Counted from the first letter of the stretch, positions 10,370 to 20,364 are shown. The stretch is DNA of 64,000 nt from an uncultured delta proteobacterium (GCA_963796055.1 CAWCKH010000004.1:1-64000), one strand, 5' to 3'. The notes: a model not told the origin generated them from the letters alone. Made by a program: numbers and translations.

Positions 10370-10804
10370 ATGAAAAGAAAGACAGACGTCGGGGATTGGA
10401 TGACCGTCAAGCCGATCACCATCGAGGAGGACACCTCGATCATGGAGGCGATCCACCTGCTCAAGGAGAAGAACATCCGCCGGCTGCCGGTGATGCGCCG
10501 GGGGAAGATCGCCGGGGTGGTCACCGAGAAGATGCTCCTCACCTTCACGCCCGGGAAGTCGACCTCGTTGAACGCCTGGGAGGCGCACTACCTGCTCTCC
10601 AAGACGCCCGTGAAGGAGGCGATGAACCCTCGGCCGCACACGGTGACGCCCACCACCCCGGTGCGCGAGGCGGCGAAGCTCCTCCACGACCGCAAGCTGA
10701 ACGGGGTGCTGGTGACGAACGAGAAGGGCGACCTGGTCGGCATCTTCACCATCACCAACGCACTGGAGGCGCTGATGGCCTCCGCCAACGCCGACGGCGG
10801 GTAG
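10370..10804 (+). CDS. CBS-domain protein (AcuB-like)
   Basis: Two CBS repeats (IRRLPV...GVVT; LVGIFT). Confidence 0.85.
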   Translation: MKRKTDVGDWMTVKPITIEEDTSIMEAIHLLKEKNIRRLPVMRRGKIAGVVTEKMLLTFTPGKSTSLNAWEAHYLLSKTPVKEAMNPRPHTVTPTTPVREAAKLLHDRKLNGVLVTNEKGDLVGIFTITNALEALMASANADGG

Positions 10805-10852
10805 CGGCCGCGCGGAAGGGGCGAACTTCCGTGGCCTCTGATAGAGGAGGGG

Positions 10853-11377
10853 TGGGCTGAGCGAGCAGACGTTGTACGTCTGGCGGCGACGGTTCGGGAC
10901 GATGGGCGCCGACGACTCGAAGCGTCTGAAGCAGCTCGAGACCGAGAACAACCGGCTGAAGAAGCTGCTCGCCGAGCGCGACCTCGAGGTCGAGGTGCTC
11001 AAGGAGATCGCCGCAAAAAAAAATGGTGAGCGCGTCCATGCGACGCCCATGGGTAGAGTACGCCCGTGGTCGAGGGCTCTCCTGTCGGCGGTCGTGCAAG
11101 CTGTTGCGCGTGGCGCGCTCCTCCCTGGGCTACGTCTCGAGGAAGGAGCATCTGGATGGGCCCATTCGGGCCCGAATTCGGGAGCTCTCGGCGCAGTTCC
11201 CGAGGTACGGCTACCGGCGGGTGCGGATTTTCCTCGAGCGGCAGGGCTGGAAGATGAGCCCGGAGCGGGCGTACCGCCTCTGGCGACACGCCGAGCTTCA
11301 ACGGGAAGTTCCGGGACGGGGGAGGTCAGTCGCGGGATCCTCAACCTGACGGTGGTCCAGAAAACGGGGGCACGTCA
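10853..11377 (+). mobile_element. IS3-family remnant: partial orfA, A9 slippery run, internally deleted orfB, right end
   Basis: EQTLYVWRRRFG...RLKQLETENNRLKKLLAE; AAAAAAAAA at 11015-11023; PRYGYRRV; terminal ...GGGGGCACGTCA. Confidence 0.85.
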
Positions 11378-11772
11378 CCCTCAATCCTCCCTCAATCACC
11401 TTCGCGGTAGCTTCGGTCCGATCGGGGGGAGCACCGGCTCTCGTCACACGCTGGCCGTCCGGGTGCTCACTGGCGCCCCGGTCGACTACGGCATTAGATC
11501 CTGCGTGGATTTGCCGACTATCCGCGTCCAGCAGGCCGCCGGTCTCGCCAGTCTGGCTGAGTGGATGGACCGCCACTGCTCCGGAGAGCTTGAGTTCACA
11601 AACGCCTTCTGCCGCGTCCAGAGCCGCATGTTGCTGGAGCGTCTTGATGAAGCCGCCGAGGTCGAGTCCGCGTGGCGCGCCAAGCGCTGCCGCCCTGCCT
11701 TGCATCTCGTCCCGACCTGGCCTTTCCTGATGGAGATAACGCCGGAACGAGGGGGCACACGTGCGATCCAGA

Positions 11773-14568
11773 ATGCATGGTGGTGCGACGCTGCGCTGGA
11801 TTTCGCTCGGGATCCTCACTCTCTCCGCATGCAGCAGTGGTAGTGGCGAAGGCAAGAAAACCCACTCCGTGTCGGGGATGGTCTCGGGCGCCATCGCCGA
11901 TGGCGTCTCCGTCACCCTGAACGGCGCAGGGGGCACGAGGACCGCGACCACCTCCGCTGGCGGGAGCTTTGCCTTCGCCGACGTGGCGAATGGAAGCTAC
12001 ACCCTCACCCCCTTGAGGGACGGATACGCCTTCACTCCCCCCAGTATTCCCGTCATCGTCAGCGACAGCGACGTCAACAACAACAATTTCACCGCCGTCA
12101 GCGTCCTCCACAGCATTTCAGGTTCCATCTCCGGAGACGTCGCCGATGGCGTCACCGTCGCCCTGAGCGGCGTGTTCAGCGGCACAACGACGACGTCCGG
12201 CGGTGGCCACTTCAATTTCCCCAACCTCCAGAATGGCGTTTACACCGTCACCCCGTCGGCCGCCGGCTTCCGATTCCTTCCAGAGAGCCGCACTGTCACG
12301 CTGAGTGGCGCGGATGCCACGAGCATCGACTTTGCGTCGGGGGAGGCCAGCAAGTCGATCTACACCCTCACCGTCTTGAAGGACGGTTCCGGCTCCGGGG
12401 CGATCACCGGTGCAGGACTTGACTGTGGGACGACCTGTTCCGTGCGAAGCTTTGACGGCAGCATCCTGACGCTCACGGCGACTGCTGCGCCATACTCGGT
12501 TTTTTCCAGTTGGTCGGGGTGTGAAGTCACATCAGGCGTGAACTGTAGTCTCACGATTACTTCGGACAGGACCCTCACGGCAGTTTTCGCAGTCCTGCAG
12601 TTGAAACGTTTGGCTGGAGAGCCGTCCGGCATCGGAAGTACGGACGGAACTGCTGAGTCGGCGAGGTTCAACGACCCGCTCGGCATCGTGGCCAGTGCGA
12701 GCGGTGATCTCTACGTCGCCGACTCCGGGAATTTCACAATTCGTCAGATAACGACCGCCAGGGTTGTCACCACTCTCGCCGGCAGGACAGGTTACAGCGG
12801 AAGCAACGACGGTGCCGGAGCGAACGCCTACTTCAATGGTGTCGGCTCGATCGCGCTGGATGCCAGTGGTAACCTCTACGTCACCGATGCAGGCAATCAC
12901 ACGATTCGCACCGTGACGTCGGCGGGCGTTGTCGTGACACTTGCAGGAAAAGCAGGCACGAGCGGAAGTGCAGACGGAACGGGCACGGCGGCCAGGTTCA
13001 ACTTCCCCTCGGGAGTGGCCTTGGACGCGAGCGGAAACGCGTACGTCACCGATACGGGCAACCACACGATCCGCAAGGTCACTCCGTCAGGTGTCGTCAC
13101 GACGCTGGCAGGCATGCCGGGTGCTTCTGGTAGCGCCGACGGAACGGGCACGGCGGCCAAGTTCAATTCTCCCGAGAACTTGGCGGCGGACTCGAGCGGG
13201 AACTTGTACGTCGTTGATAGAAGGAATCGCACGATCCGAAAGGTGACGCCGGGCGGCCTCGTCACCACCCTTGCGGGCAGCGCCGGCTCCCCAGGAAGTG
13301 ACGACGGAGTTGGGGCAAGCGCGAGGTTCGGCGATCTCACCGGAATCACAGTGGACGCCAGCGGGAATGTCTACGTCAGTGACTGGGCATACAGCACGAT
13401 TCGCAAGGTGACACCGTCGGGGGTCGTCACGACGCCGCTCGGCAAGCCCGGGCTCTCCGGCAGCGAGGACGGGACGGGCTCTTCGGCCCGGTTCCGCTCT
13501 CCGTCGGGTCTGGGGGCGGATGCGACCGGCAACCTTTACCTCACCGACACGGGAAACCAGACGGTCCGCAAGGTCACGCCGGCCCTCGTTGTGACCACGC
13601 TCGCCGGCCGGGCTCCTCTCTTCGGAGGAGTCGACGGCACTGGTGCGGCTGCCAGATTCTCCGGTCCGGCCCAGGTCGCGGTTGGCGCGAGCGGTGATAT
13701 CTACGTCGCGGATTCGGGCAACCACGCCATTCGAAAAGTGACGCTCGCCGGTGCCGTCACGACCATCGCGGGCACATTGGGATCTTATGGGAGTGCGGAT
13801 GGGACGGCCGCTTCAGCAAGGTTTTTCGGTCCGGAGGGGATCGCGGTCGACGTGAGCGGTAACCTCTACGTCGCCGACTCGGCAAACCACACGGTGCGGA
13901 AGATCACCTCGTCCGGTGTCGTCACGACCCTCGCCGGAACCCCCGGTTCTGCCGGGAGTGCCGATGGAAGCGGTGCGGCCGCGCGGTTCAATTACCCGAA
14001 GGCTCTGGCCGTCGACGGAAGTGGCACAGTTTACGTCGCAGACACGTTTAATCAGACAATCCGCAAGGTGACATCCGACGGCACTGTCGTCACTCTCGCC
14101 GGCGTGGCGGGTTCCATGGGTACCGCTGACGGCATCGGCACGACGGCTCGATTCAACTACCCAGGAGGCATCACGGTCGATGCAATTGGCGACCTGTACG
14201 TTTCGGATACCTCGAACCATACAATTCGCAAGGTCGCTGCATCGGGAAAGGTCAGTACGATTGCCGGCACACCCGGGATGGCCCATAGACAGGACGGTAC
14301 AGGAACGAACGCAGGATTGTTCAGCCCTGCGCAGATCACCGTCGATGCGAGCGGCGCCCTGTACGTGGCCGATGTTGGAAACAATGCCATTCGTCGTGTG
14401 ACTCGCGACGGCGTGGTGACCACTGCTGTCGGAGTCAGTGGACCCGTCGTCGGCAACCTCCTCACGAACCTTCCGGCAGCCCTCGCCTTTCCAACAGGCG
14501 TGGCGGCCGATGGGACGGGCAACCTCTTCATCTCCGTGCAGCACGCGCTGCTGGAGGTCGCACCCTGA
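11773..14568 (+). CDS. large lipoprotein: Ig-like/carboxypeptidase-regulatory-like domains plus many NHL repeats
   Basis: Lipobox LSAC; about 11 repeats of GxxDGxGxxARFxxPxGxAxDxxGNLYVxDxxNxTIRK. Confidence 0.9.
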   Translation: MHGGATLRWISLGILTLSACSSGSGEGKKTHSVSGMVSGAIADGVSVTLNGAGGTRTATTSAGGSFAFADVANGSYTLTPLRDGYAFTPPSIPVIVSDSDVNNNNFTAVSVLHSISGSISGDVADGVTVALSGVFSGTTTTSGGGHFNFPNLQNGVYTVTPSAAGFRFLPESRTVTLSGADATSIDFASGEASKSIYTLTVLKDGSGSGAITGAGLDCGTTCSVRSFDGSILTLTATAAPYSVFSSWSGCEVTSGVNCSLTITSDRTLTAVFAVLQLKRLAGEPSGIGSTDGTAESARFNDPLGIVASASGDLYVADSGNFTIRQITTARVVTTLAGRTGYSGSNDGAGANAYFNGVGSIALDASGNLYVTDAGNHTIRTVTSAGVVVTLAGKAGTSGSADGTGTAARFNFPSGVALDASGNAYVTDTGNHTIRKVTPSGVVTTLAGMPGASGSADGTGTAAKFNSPENLAADSSGNLYVVDRRNRTIRKVTPGGLVTTLAGSAGSPGSDDGVGASARFGDLTGITVDASGNVYVSDWAYSTIRKVTPSGVVTTPLGKPGLSGSEDGTGSSARFRSPSGLGADATGNLYLTDTGNQTVRKVTPALVVTTLAGRAPLFGGVDGTGAAARFSGPAQVAVGASGDIYVADSGNHAIRKVTLAGAVTTIAGTLGSYGSADGTAASARFFGPEGIAVDVSGNLYVADSANHTVRKITSSGVVTTLAGTPGSAGSADGSGAAARFNYPKALAVDGSGTVYVADTFNQTIRKVTSDGTVVTLAGVAGSMGTADGIGTTARFNYPGGITVDAIGDLYVSDTSNHTIRKVAASGKVSTIAGTPGMAHRQDGTGTNAGLFSPAQITVDASGALYVADVGNNAIRRVTRDGVVTTAVGVSGPVVGNLLTNLPAALAFPTGVAADGTGNLFISVQHALLEVAP

Positions 14569-14769
14569 AATCGGCCGTGCATCAGGTCCGCGTCGAGAGG
14601 GTCCCTGGAAGGAGGTAGGCCTCGACCATGACCGAGGTGAGTGAGTGCTCGCTCTGCCCTGCGCCGCGGCTCGAGCTCGGGAGGAGGGTGACTCGCGCCT
14701 CCTGACGATTCCCGCAGCACACGTGTGCTCCGCCGGAGGAAAGCGCGGACGAAAAGTCCTGGAGTTTCC

Positions 14770-14817
14770 TGGGCGACCAAGCGGGCTTGAACCGCTAACC
14801 CCCGGAGCCACAGTCCG
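14770..14817 (-). repeat. att site: tRNA-His 3' half, copy 2 (compensatory T-stem variant)
   Basis: tgggcgaccaagcgggcttgaaccgctaacccccggagccacagtccg. Confidence 0.95.
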
Positions 14818-15067
14818 AGAAGGACCAGCCGACAGACTGAAGCGCATGTCAACGCCCCTGATAACTCGATGGAATCCTTTGTGCCGAGGTGAGCACCGGA
14901 CAGCTGCCGATCCTTACGTCGGGCACTGAGGGCGAGCGACTTCCCTCAAACCTCCCTCAACGCTGGGCTGGGAACAGCGCGACTGCACACCGGTAGATGA
15001 CGGTTTCGCGGCTCATCTTGCGCAGTACGGGTGGAGCCAAAGGCTCGCCCGCTCACGGGAGCGCCCG

Positions 15068-16054
15068 ATGAAAGTCTCTCTCAGATTCCTCTCGCGATGT
15101 CTCCCGGCCCTCGCCCTCGCGCTGTTTGCGCTCGGCGTCCTGCCCGACGCGGCGGGCGCAGAGACGTCTGTCCTCCAACTCGGCACGATCTACCGCTGTC
15201 CAGCGGGAAAGAGCTTCAAGGTTCTCTCCTGTGCTGGCTCGGCGGACGCCGATCTCTGCGACGTTCAGTCGTACAGCCACGGCCAGCCGGAGATGCGCGG
15301 CAAGTCGACCCATCAGCAGGTCATGGGCGTGCTCCCGATCTGCCACATCCAAACCCCAGGAGAAACCCGGTCCGATGGGCATCCTGGGGCTATCCAGGAA
15401 GACGGGACGAACGGAATCAAGGTCGGTGACGCGGTCGAGGTGGTGACTGGCTCCGGCTGGACCCGGGCCAAGGTGGTCGCCGTCAACGGGAACTCGTATC
15501 GGGTCTTGGTCTACGGCGTCCAGGTGACGAAGGACTATCCCACAGAAGTGCGCCGACTCGGAGCCGCCTCGGCCCGTGATCACGCGCAGGGACAGTACCG
15601 GCTCGGCGACCGCGTGCAGGTGAACGTCGGCGGACGGTGGATCAGCAGCAGGATCGTCACCGAGATGGGTCAGGACTACCAGGTGGAGCTGCCCGGCAAT
15701 CGCACTGCATGGGCCACGCCCAACAACCTGCGCCCGGCGCACTCGGCCCCGGTAGCAGTCTCCAGTTCCTCCGCCGGCATGCCGCCGAAGCCCGGGCTGA
15801 CGAGCTGCGCGGGGAAGTTCGAGGGTCGCTATGCCAGCACCGGAGGCTTTGGCTCGTTCACGCTGACATTTCGGTCTGGCAAGGCCACAATGACCGACGC
15901 GGGCGGCAACGACGAAGTGTTCGAGTGCTGGATGGGCGGCGCCAGGATGTACCTGCACAAGCCCGATGCCCCGAACCTCGACATGCCCATCGATATTAAT
16001 GACGACGGCACGCTGCAGACACCCCTCGGCGAGATCAGGAAGAAGGCGAGCTGA
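15068..16054 (+). CDS. secreted hypothetical protein with two Tudor/Agenet/SH3-like repeats
   Basis: Signal peptide; KVGDAVEV..W..AKV and RLGDRVQV..W..SRI repeats; paired cysteines. Confidence 0.7.
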   Translation: MKVSLRFLSRCLPALALALFALGVLPDAAGAETSVLQLGTIYRCPAGKSFKVLSCAGSADADLCDVQSYSHGQPEMRGKSTHQQVMGVLPICHIQTPGETRSDGHPGAIQEDGTNGIKVGDAVEVVTGSGWTRAKVVAVNGNSYRVLVYGVQVTKDYPTEVRRLGAASARDHAQGQYRLGDRVQVNVGGRWISSRIVTEMGQDYQVELPGNRTAWATPNNLRPAHSAPVAVSSSSAGMPPKPGLTSCAGKFEGRYASTGGFGSFTLTFRSGKATMTDAGGNDEVFECWMGGARMYLHKPDAPNLDMPIDINDDGTLQTPLGEIRKKAS

Positions 16055-16388
16055 GACGGTGAAGCCTTTCCGGTCGATCTTGGGGCCCAGGCCGTCGACC
16101 TGTCCCTACGTACCTCCGAGATCAAAGCGCCAGGCTTCAACCCCAGAAAGTTGAGGAATGGCTGGCGGTCGTCGACCGAGCGCTGGCTGTCCTGCGGCGA
16201 ATGAGGGCGACACTGCGGCAATCGAGCACGTGCCGGATGGGACAGCCCCAGCTGCCCTCGTTGGTTCGGCGAGCACGAGCCGAGACGCGTTGTTGACCTG
16301 AACAGCTCATCCGGCTCACTGAGCGCCCAGGGGGCCCCCAGTTAACTCCGGTGAGCCGGATGGATCGGGGCCAACCTGCCGGAACGTT

Positions 16389-16436
16389 TGGGCGACCAAC
16401 CGGGATTGAACCGGTAACCCCCGGAGCCACAGTCCG
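16389..16436 (-). repeat. att site: tRNA-His 3' half, copy 3
   Basis: 48 bp identical to 31547-31594. Confidence 0.95.
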
Positions 16437-16832
16437 AATGAACACCCGATACCTCCAAGCGCCCGTCAAGACCTTCGATAACACTCGGCCGTTTCTCGGT
16501 TCGACGTGACCACCGGACGAGCACGGTTCACTCCGTCGGGGCCTGAGGGAGCGCCAACTCCCTCAATCTTCCCTCAATCGCCTTCGCAGTGATTACCGGT
16601 TCCCGCGGCGCTCGAGCACGCTCGTCCTAACCTGCCCTGCTGCGGAGGCGCCCGACACGTCGTCGCCGTCGTCCTTCGTTCCACGGCGTTCTTTATCGAC
16701 GCGACCATGAGGCCAAGGCAAGGAGGAGTCATGAGGGGTCCATTCCATCGTTTGCAGCCGGCGGCGCCCGGCGCGATCATGAGCCGCCGCGGCTGAGACG
16801 CGGTCGTTGGGCCGCCGGATGACCATGCCTGG

Positions 16833-17702
16833 GTGGCGCCTTGGAGCGAAACCGTGATGTACACCCCTCCGCAATGGCGCGTGGCGTTCCCCATCACCTT
16901 CATCGCCCTCATCGCTCTTGCGGGCATGCTGATACTCGCGCTGCAACACGGCACGCCGTGGGCCGCGATCCTCTGCAGCGGCGCGATCACAGGAGTCCTC
17001 GTCGCGATCTCGTGGACACTGAGACACTTTGCCCCGAAGGTGTCCGTGGCGTTCGTGGGAACCGCCGCGGTCCCGGCAATCCCCCTATGGCTCATGAGTC
17101 CCGGGACCGGACTCGCTGGCATCGCCGTGGGGGCCACCGTCTTCGGCACCTGGTTGCTCGTCTACGAGCTTGGCATCACAGCGAGAGCCAACACCGAAGT
17201 CGTGTCCGAAGTTGCGAGCTTCGGCGCCGCTGGAGGCGCCCGTCGCGCGTTCATCGTCTATCACTCGACTCACGGTGGCTTCCAGCCCTTGGTCCTACGC
17301 GCCTTTGCCGAGGGCCTCCAATCACAAGGCTGGCGAGTCGACATGACCACAGCGAGCCATGCAACGCCGGTGAACTTGTCAGCCTACGATGTTCTGGCGC
17401 TGGGTGCGCCCTCCTACAACTGGCAGCCGGCGCGGCCGACGCTCGCCTATCTGGGTCGCCTCGGTGACCTGAAGGGGATGCCCGTCGCCCTCGTGATCTC
17501 CGGCGGTGGGATGACGGACCGCGCCCTGAAGATCATGTCCGACCACGTGACGCAGGCGCATGGCCGGATCGTAGAAGCGATTGAGATCTGGACCACTCGG
17601 CCGAACGCCGAGCGCCACGGCCTGAGCGATCCGCTGGAGATCATGCGCCGCGCGGGTGCACGCGTCGCGTCATCGGCACCACAACGAGGAACGCTCTCGT
17701 GA
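16833..17702 (+). CDS. membrane protein with C-terminal flavodoxin-like domain (start uncertain)
   Basis: Four hydrophobic segments, then AFIVYHS...YDVLALGAPSYNW. Confidence 0.65.
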   Translation: MAPWSETVMYTPPQWRVAFPITFIALIALAGMLILALQHGTPWAAILCSGAITGVLVAISWTLRHFAPKVSVAFVGTAAVPAIPLWLMSPGTGLAGIAVGATVFGTWLLVYELGITARANTEVVSEVASFGAAGGARRAFIVYHSTHGGFQPLVLRAFAEGLQSQGWRVDMTTASHATPVNLSAYDVLALGAPSYNWQPARPTLAYLGRLGDLKGMPVALVISGGGMTDRALKIMSDHVTQAHGRIVEAIEIWTTRPNAERHGLSDPLEIMRRAGARVASSAPQRGTLS

Positions 17703-17995
17703 ACGTGGGGCGGCGTTGATTCCTGCTACGGATCCGCGGGCCGCCTAACAAGCGAGTTAGACATCCTCACGCAATTGAGCGACTTCGGCGAAGCATGCGG
17801 CCGATAAGCAAACTTGGACGGCCTCACTATTGGACGGCCGCAGGCCGATCCGCTGGCCCACATGGAAGACGACCGTTGAACGGATTCTTGATGAGGATGT
17901 CCCTGACGGAAAGAAGGACCTTTGATCCCCAGGCGGCGCTGAAGTCACGATCCGTGAGTATGCGGTTCGTTAGCGGATACAGTGATGGTTTCAGC

Positions 17996-19198
17996 ATGAG
18001 ACACGAGCTTGCTCTCCGAGCCTCCGATGTCCTCGGCGTCGCCCGGCTGGCGTTCGATGCCGTCATCGGGCTCACCGATGTGGTCGAGTCGATGCACGGC
18101 ACGATCTCCCGCCGGCCGTTTCCGGTGGGGACGATCGCCGACACGCGGACCCGCGGGATCACCCGACGGGTCTATCAGAGCATCCGGTTGATCACCCGAC
18201 TCCTGGAGGGCGGTCTCGAGACCGCGCAATCCCTGCTCAAGCTGCCAGCCGGCGGGCCCTCCTCGCCACGACGCGAGATGCTGCTCTCCGTTCTCAACGG
18301 CGTGGTGGGCGATCATCTGGCGGCGACGGACAATCCGCTCGCCATTCCCATGCGGTTCCGGAAGGATGGGGACGCGCTGGAGCTGGATCGGGACCTGCTG
18401 GCCGCACGGCTGCCAGAACCACGGGGAAGGGTCGTGGTTCTCGTCCACGGCCTGTGCATGAGCGACCTCCAGTGGAAGCGGGGCGGCCACGACCACGGCA
18501 AGGCCCTGGAGCGCGAGCACGGCTTCGTGCCGGTTTACCTCCACTACAACACCGGCCGACATGTCTCGCTGAACGGTCGTGACGTCGCCCAAGCGCTGGA
18601 GTTGATGTTCGCCGCCTGGAGAGTCCCGGTGGAAGAATTGGTGCTCCTCGGTCACAGCATGGGCGGGCTCGTCATCCGCAGCGCATGTCACCAGGGTCAC
18701 CTCGCCGGCCATCGTTGGACCCAGCGACTGTCCAAACTGATCTTCCTCGGCACTCCACACCACGGGGCGCCGCTAGAGCGGGTCGGCAACCTCCTCGATC
18801 GAGTCCTTGAGGTGAGTCCCTATGCCGCACCGCTGACTCGCATCGGTGGGAACCGGGCGGCCGGGATCAATGACCTGCGCTTCGGGAACGTTCTCGACGA
18901 GGACTGGGCCAACCGCCAGCGCCGGTATCGGATGGATCCCCGCACCCCCGTGCCGTTGCCCGAAGGTGTGGGCTGCTACGCCATTGCCGCCAGCCGGGGA
19001 CGGAAGAGGGGTGACGCCATCGACGCTCTTCTCGGCGACGGCCTCGTTCCAGTGACCAGCGCGCTGGGGATCCACCCCAAGCCGCGCTTCAGGCTCGCCT
19101 TCCCGCCCGCGCATCAGCGCGTGTTCTTCCAGACAGACCACTTCGACCTCCTGGACTCGCCGGCGGTCTACGCGCAGCTCGCCCAATGGCTGGCGTAG
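17996..19198 (+). CDS. alpha/beta hydrolase (PGAP1-like lipase family)
   Basis: LVHGL, GHSMGG, GTPHHGAP and GDGLVP motifs, terminal His. Confidence 0.85.
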   Translation: MRHELALRASDVLGVARLAFDAVIGLTDVVESMHGTISRRPFPVGTIADTRTRGITRRVYQSIRLITRLLEGGLETAQSLLKLPAGGPSSPRREMLLSVLNGVVGDHLAATDNPLAIPMRFRKDGDALELDRDLLAARLPEPRGRVVVLVHGLCMSDLQWKRGGHDHGKALEREHGFVPVYLHYNTGRHVSLNGRDVAQALELMFAAWRVPVEELVLLGHSMGGLVIRSACHQGHLAGHRWTQRLSKLIFLGTPHHGAPLERVGNLLDRVLEVSPYAAPLTRIGGNRAAGINDLRFGNVLDEDWANRQRRYRMDPRTPVPLPEGVGCYAIAASRGRKRGDAIDALLGDGLVPVTSALGIHPKPRFRLAFPPAHQRVFFQTDHFDLLDSPAVYAQLAQWLA

Positions 19199-19303
19199 GG
19201 TAGACGCAGAGCGACTGACGGGGTCTCTCCTTGCTGCCGGCGGGCCTGACCGACCCTGCCGCTCAGAGGTGCCCCCAACGATGCTCCCACTGATCGAGAT
19301 TCC

Positions 19304-19351
19304 TGGGCGACCAACCGGGATTGAACCGGTAACCCCCGGAGCCACAGTCCG
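19304..19351 (-). repeat. att site: tRNA-His 3' half, copy 4
   Basis: 48 bp identical to 31547-31594. Confidence 0.95.
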
Positions 19352-19709
19352 AGTTGGACCACCCCGGTGGTGCTCTTGGCCCTTGGTCTGAGCGTCAGTC
19401 GGCTGTGGTGGCTGAACGGGAATCCGACGCGCCGTAAGAGGCCCGCTGCAGGGAAGTAGGTCGAGCACGAGGTCAGCAGGAGGTAGGCATCGGAGGACAC
19501 GCGACGCTTCGAGCGCTCGCTCGCGATGCCTGGCCCCCGCCGAGTCGGTCCAGCGTGGCCTCCAAGTGGCGCCACGGCGCGGCTGCGTACGACCTAAGAC
19601 TCATCGCTAGCTTCCGGAAAGTGGACTACCCGATGAGACGAGTGACAGCTGCCGCCGCAACCGCGGCGACGGGAGCAAGGTCCGCGACCGTGAAGGGAAT
19701 GACCTCATC

Positions 19710-20087
19710 ATGAAGAGAATCCTCACGGCGGCTTCACTCGCGGCGCTCCTTGGCTGCGCGCATTTCGGCAAGAAGGAAGACGAAGCGGAGGCAGCAGCGA
19801 CCGCCGCTCTTCAGAAGCAGGTCCAGGCGCAGCAAGCGCAGATCAACGAACTGAAGAGTCAGCAGGCCAGCACCCTGCAAACGCAGATCAACGAGCTGAA
19901 GGGTCAGATCGGGATGCTGCAAACACAGCTGATCGTCCTCCAGACCCCGTCCAATGGTGCTGCCACGCCGAAGGCTGCACCCGCTGTTGCGCCGCCCGCT
20001 GCTGGGCCCGCGCTTGCGCCGCCGCCCGCCGGTACGCCCGCGTATGCGCCCCCCGCTGCCGCGCCTGCCGCCGCGACCCCGAGGTGA
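19710..20087 (+). CDS. small lipoprotein with coiled coil and Pro/Ala tail
   Basis: MKRILTAASLAALLGC lipobox; duplicated QINELK heptads. Confidence 0.75.
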   Translation: MKRILTAASLAALLGCAHFGKKEDEAEAAATAALQKQVQAQQAQINELKSQQASTLQTQINELKGQIGMLQTQLIVLQTPSNGAATPKAAPAVAPPAAGPALAPPPAGTPAYAPPAAAPAAATPR

Positions 20088-20318
20088 AACGCCCCGTCAC
20101 CAGAAACGGTGACCGTCGCGACCTCGAAGGTCACGCCCCTCCAGGGCGGGGAGAGCCCTAGCAGCTTCGTCGCGCATCCATGCGCCGAGGTTCCTAATCC
20201 TCACAACCAGCGACCATTCGGCATGCCGCCGGCTGGAACACCGGTGTCCGTGTCGCCACCGCTGCCGACGTGGAAGAAGCGAGGTCTGCCGAGGGGACTC
20301 GTAACTGCCTGTCGAGGT

Positions 20319-20364
20319 TGGGCGACCAACCGGGCTTGAACCGGTAACCCCCGGAGCCACAGTC
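20319..20364 (-). repeat. att site: tRNA-His 3' half, copy 5
   Basis: 46 bp with 1 mismatch to the tRNA; identity ends just past the anticodon loop. Confidence 0.95.

Noticed and set aside
12600..14450. Tandem DNA repeats of about 165 bp
   Set aside because: Explained by the NHL protein repeats in the lipoprotein gene.
4965..20364. Recurring 48-bp repeat as a CRISPR array
   Set aside because: Spacing is 1-10 kb and contains whole genes, the repeat is a tRNA-His fragment, and no cas genes are present.
4965..20364. The repeats as additional tRNA genes
   Set aside because: All lack the 5' acceptor strand and D-arm.
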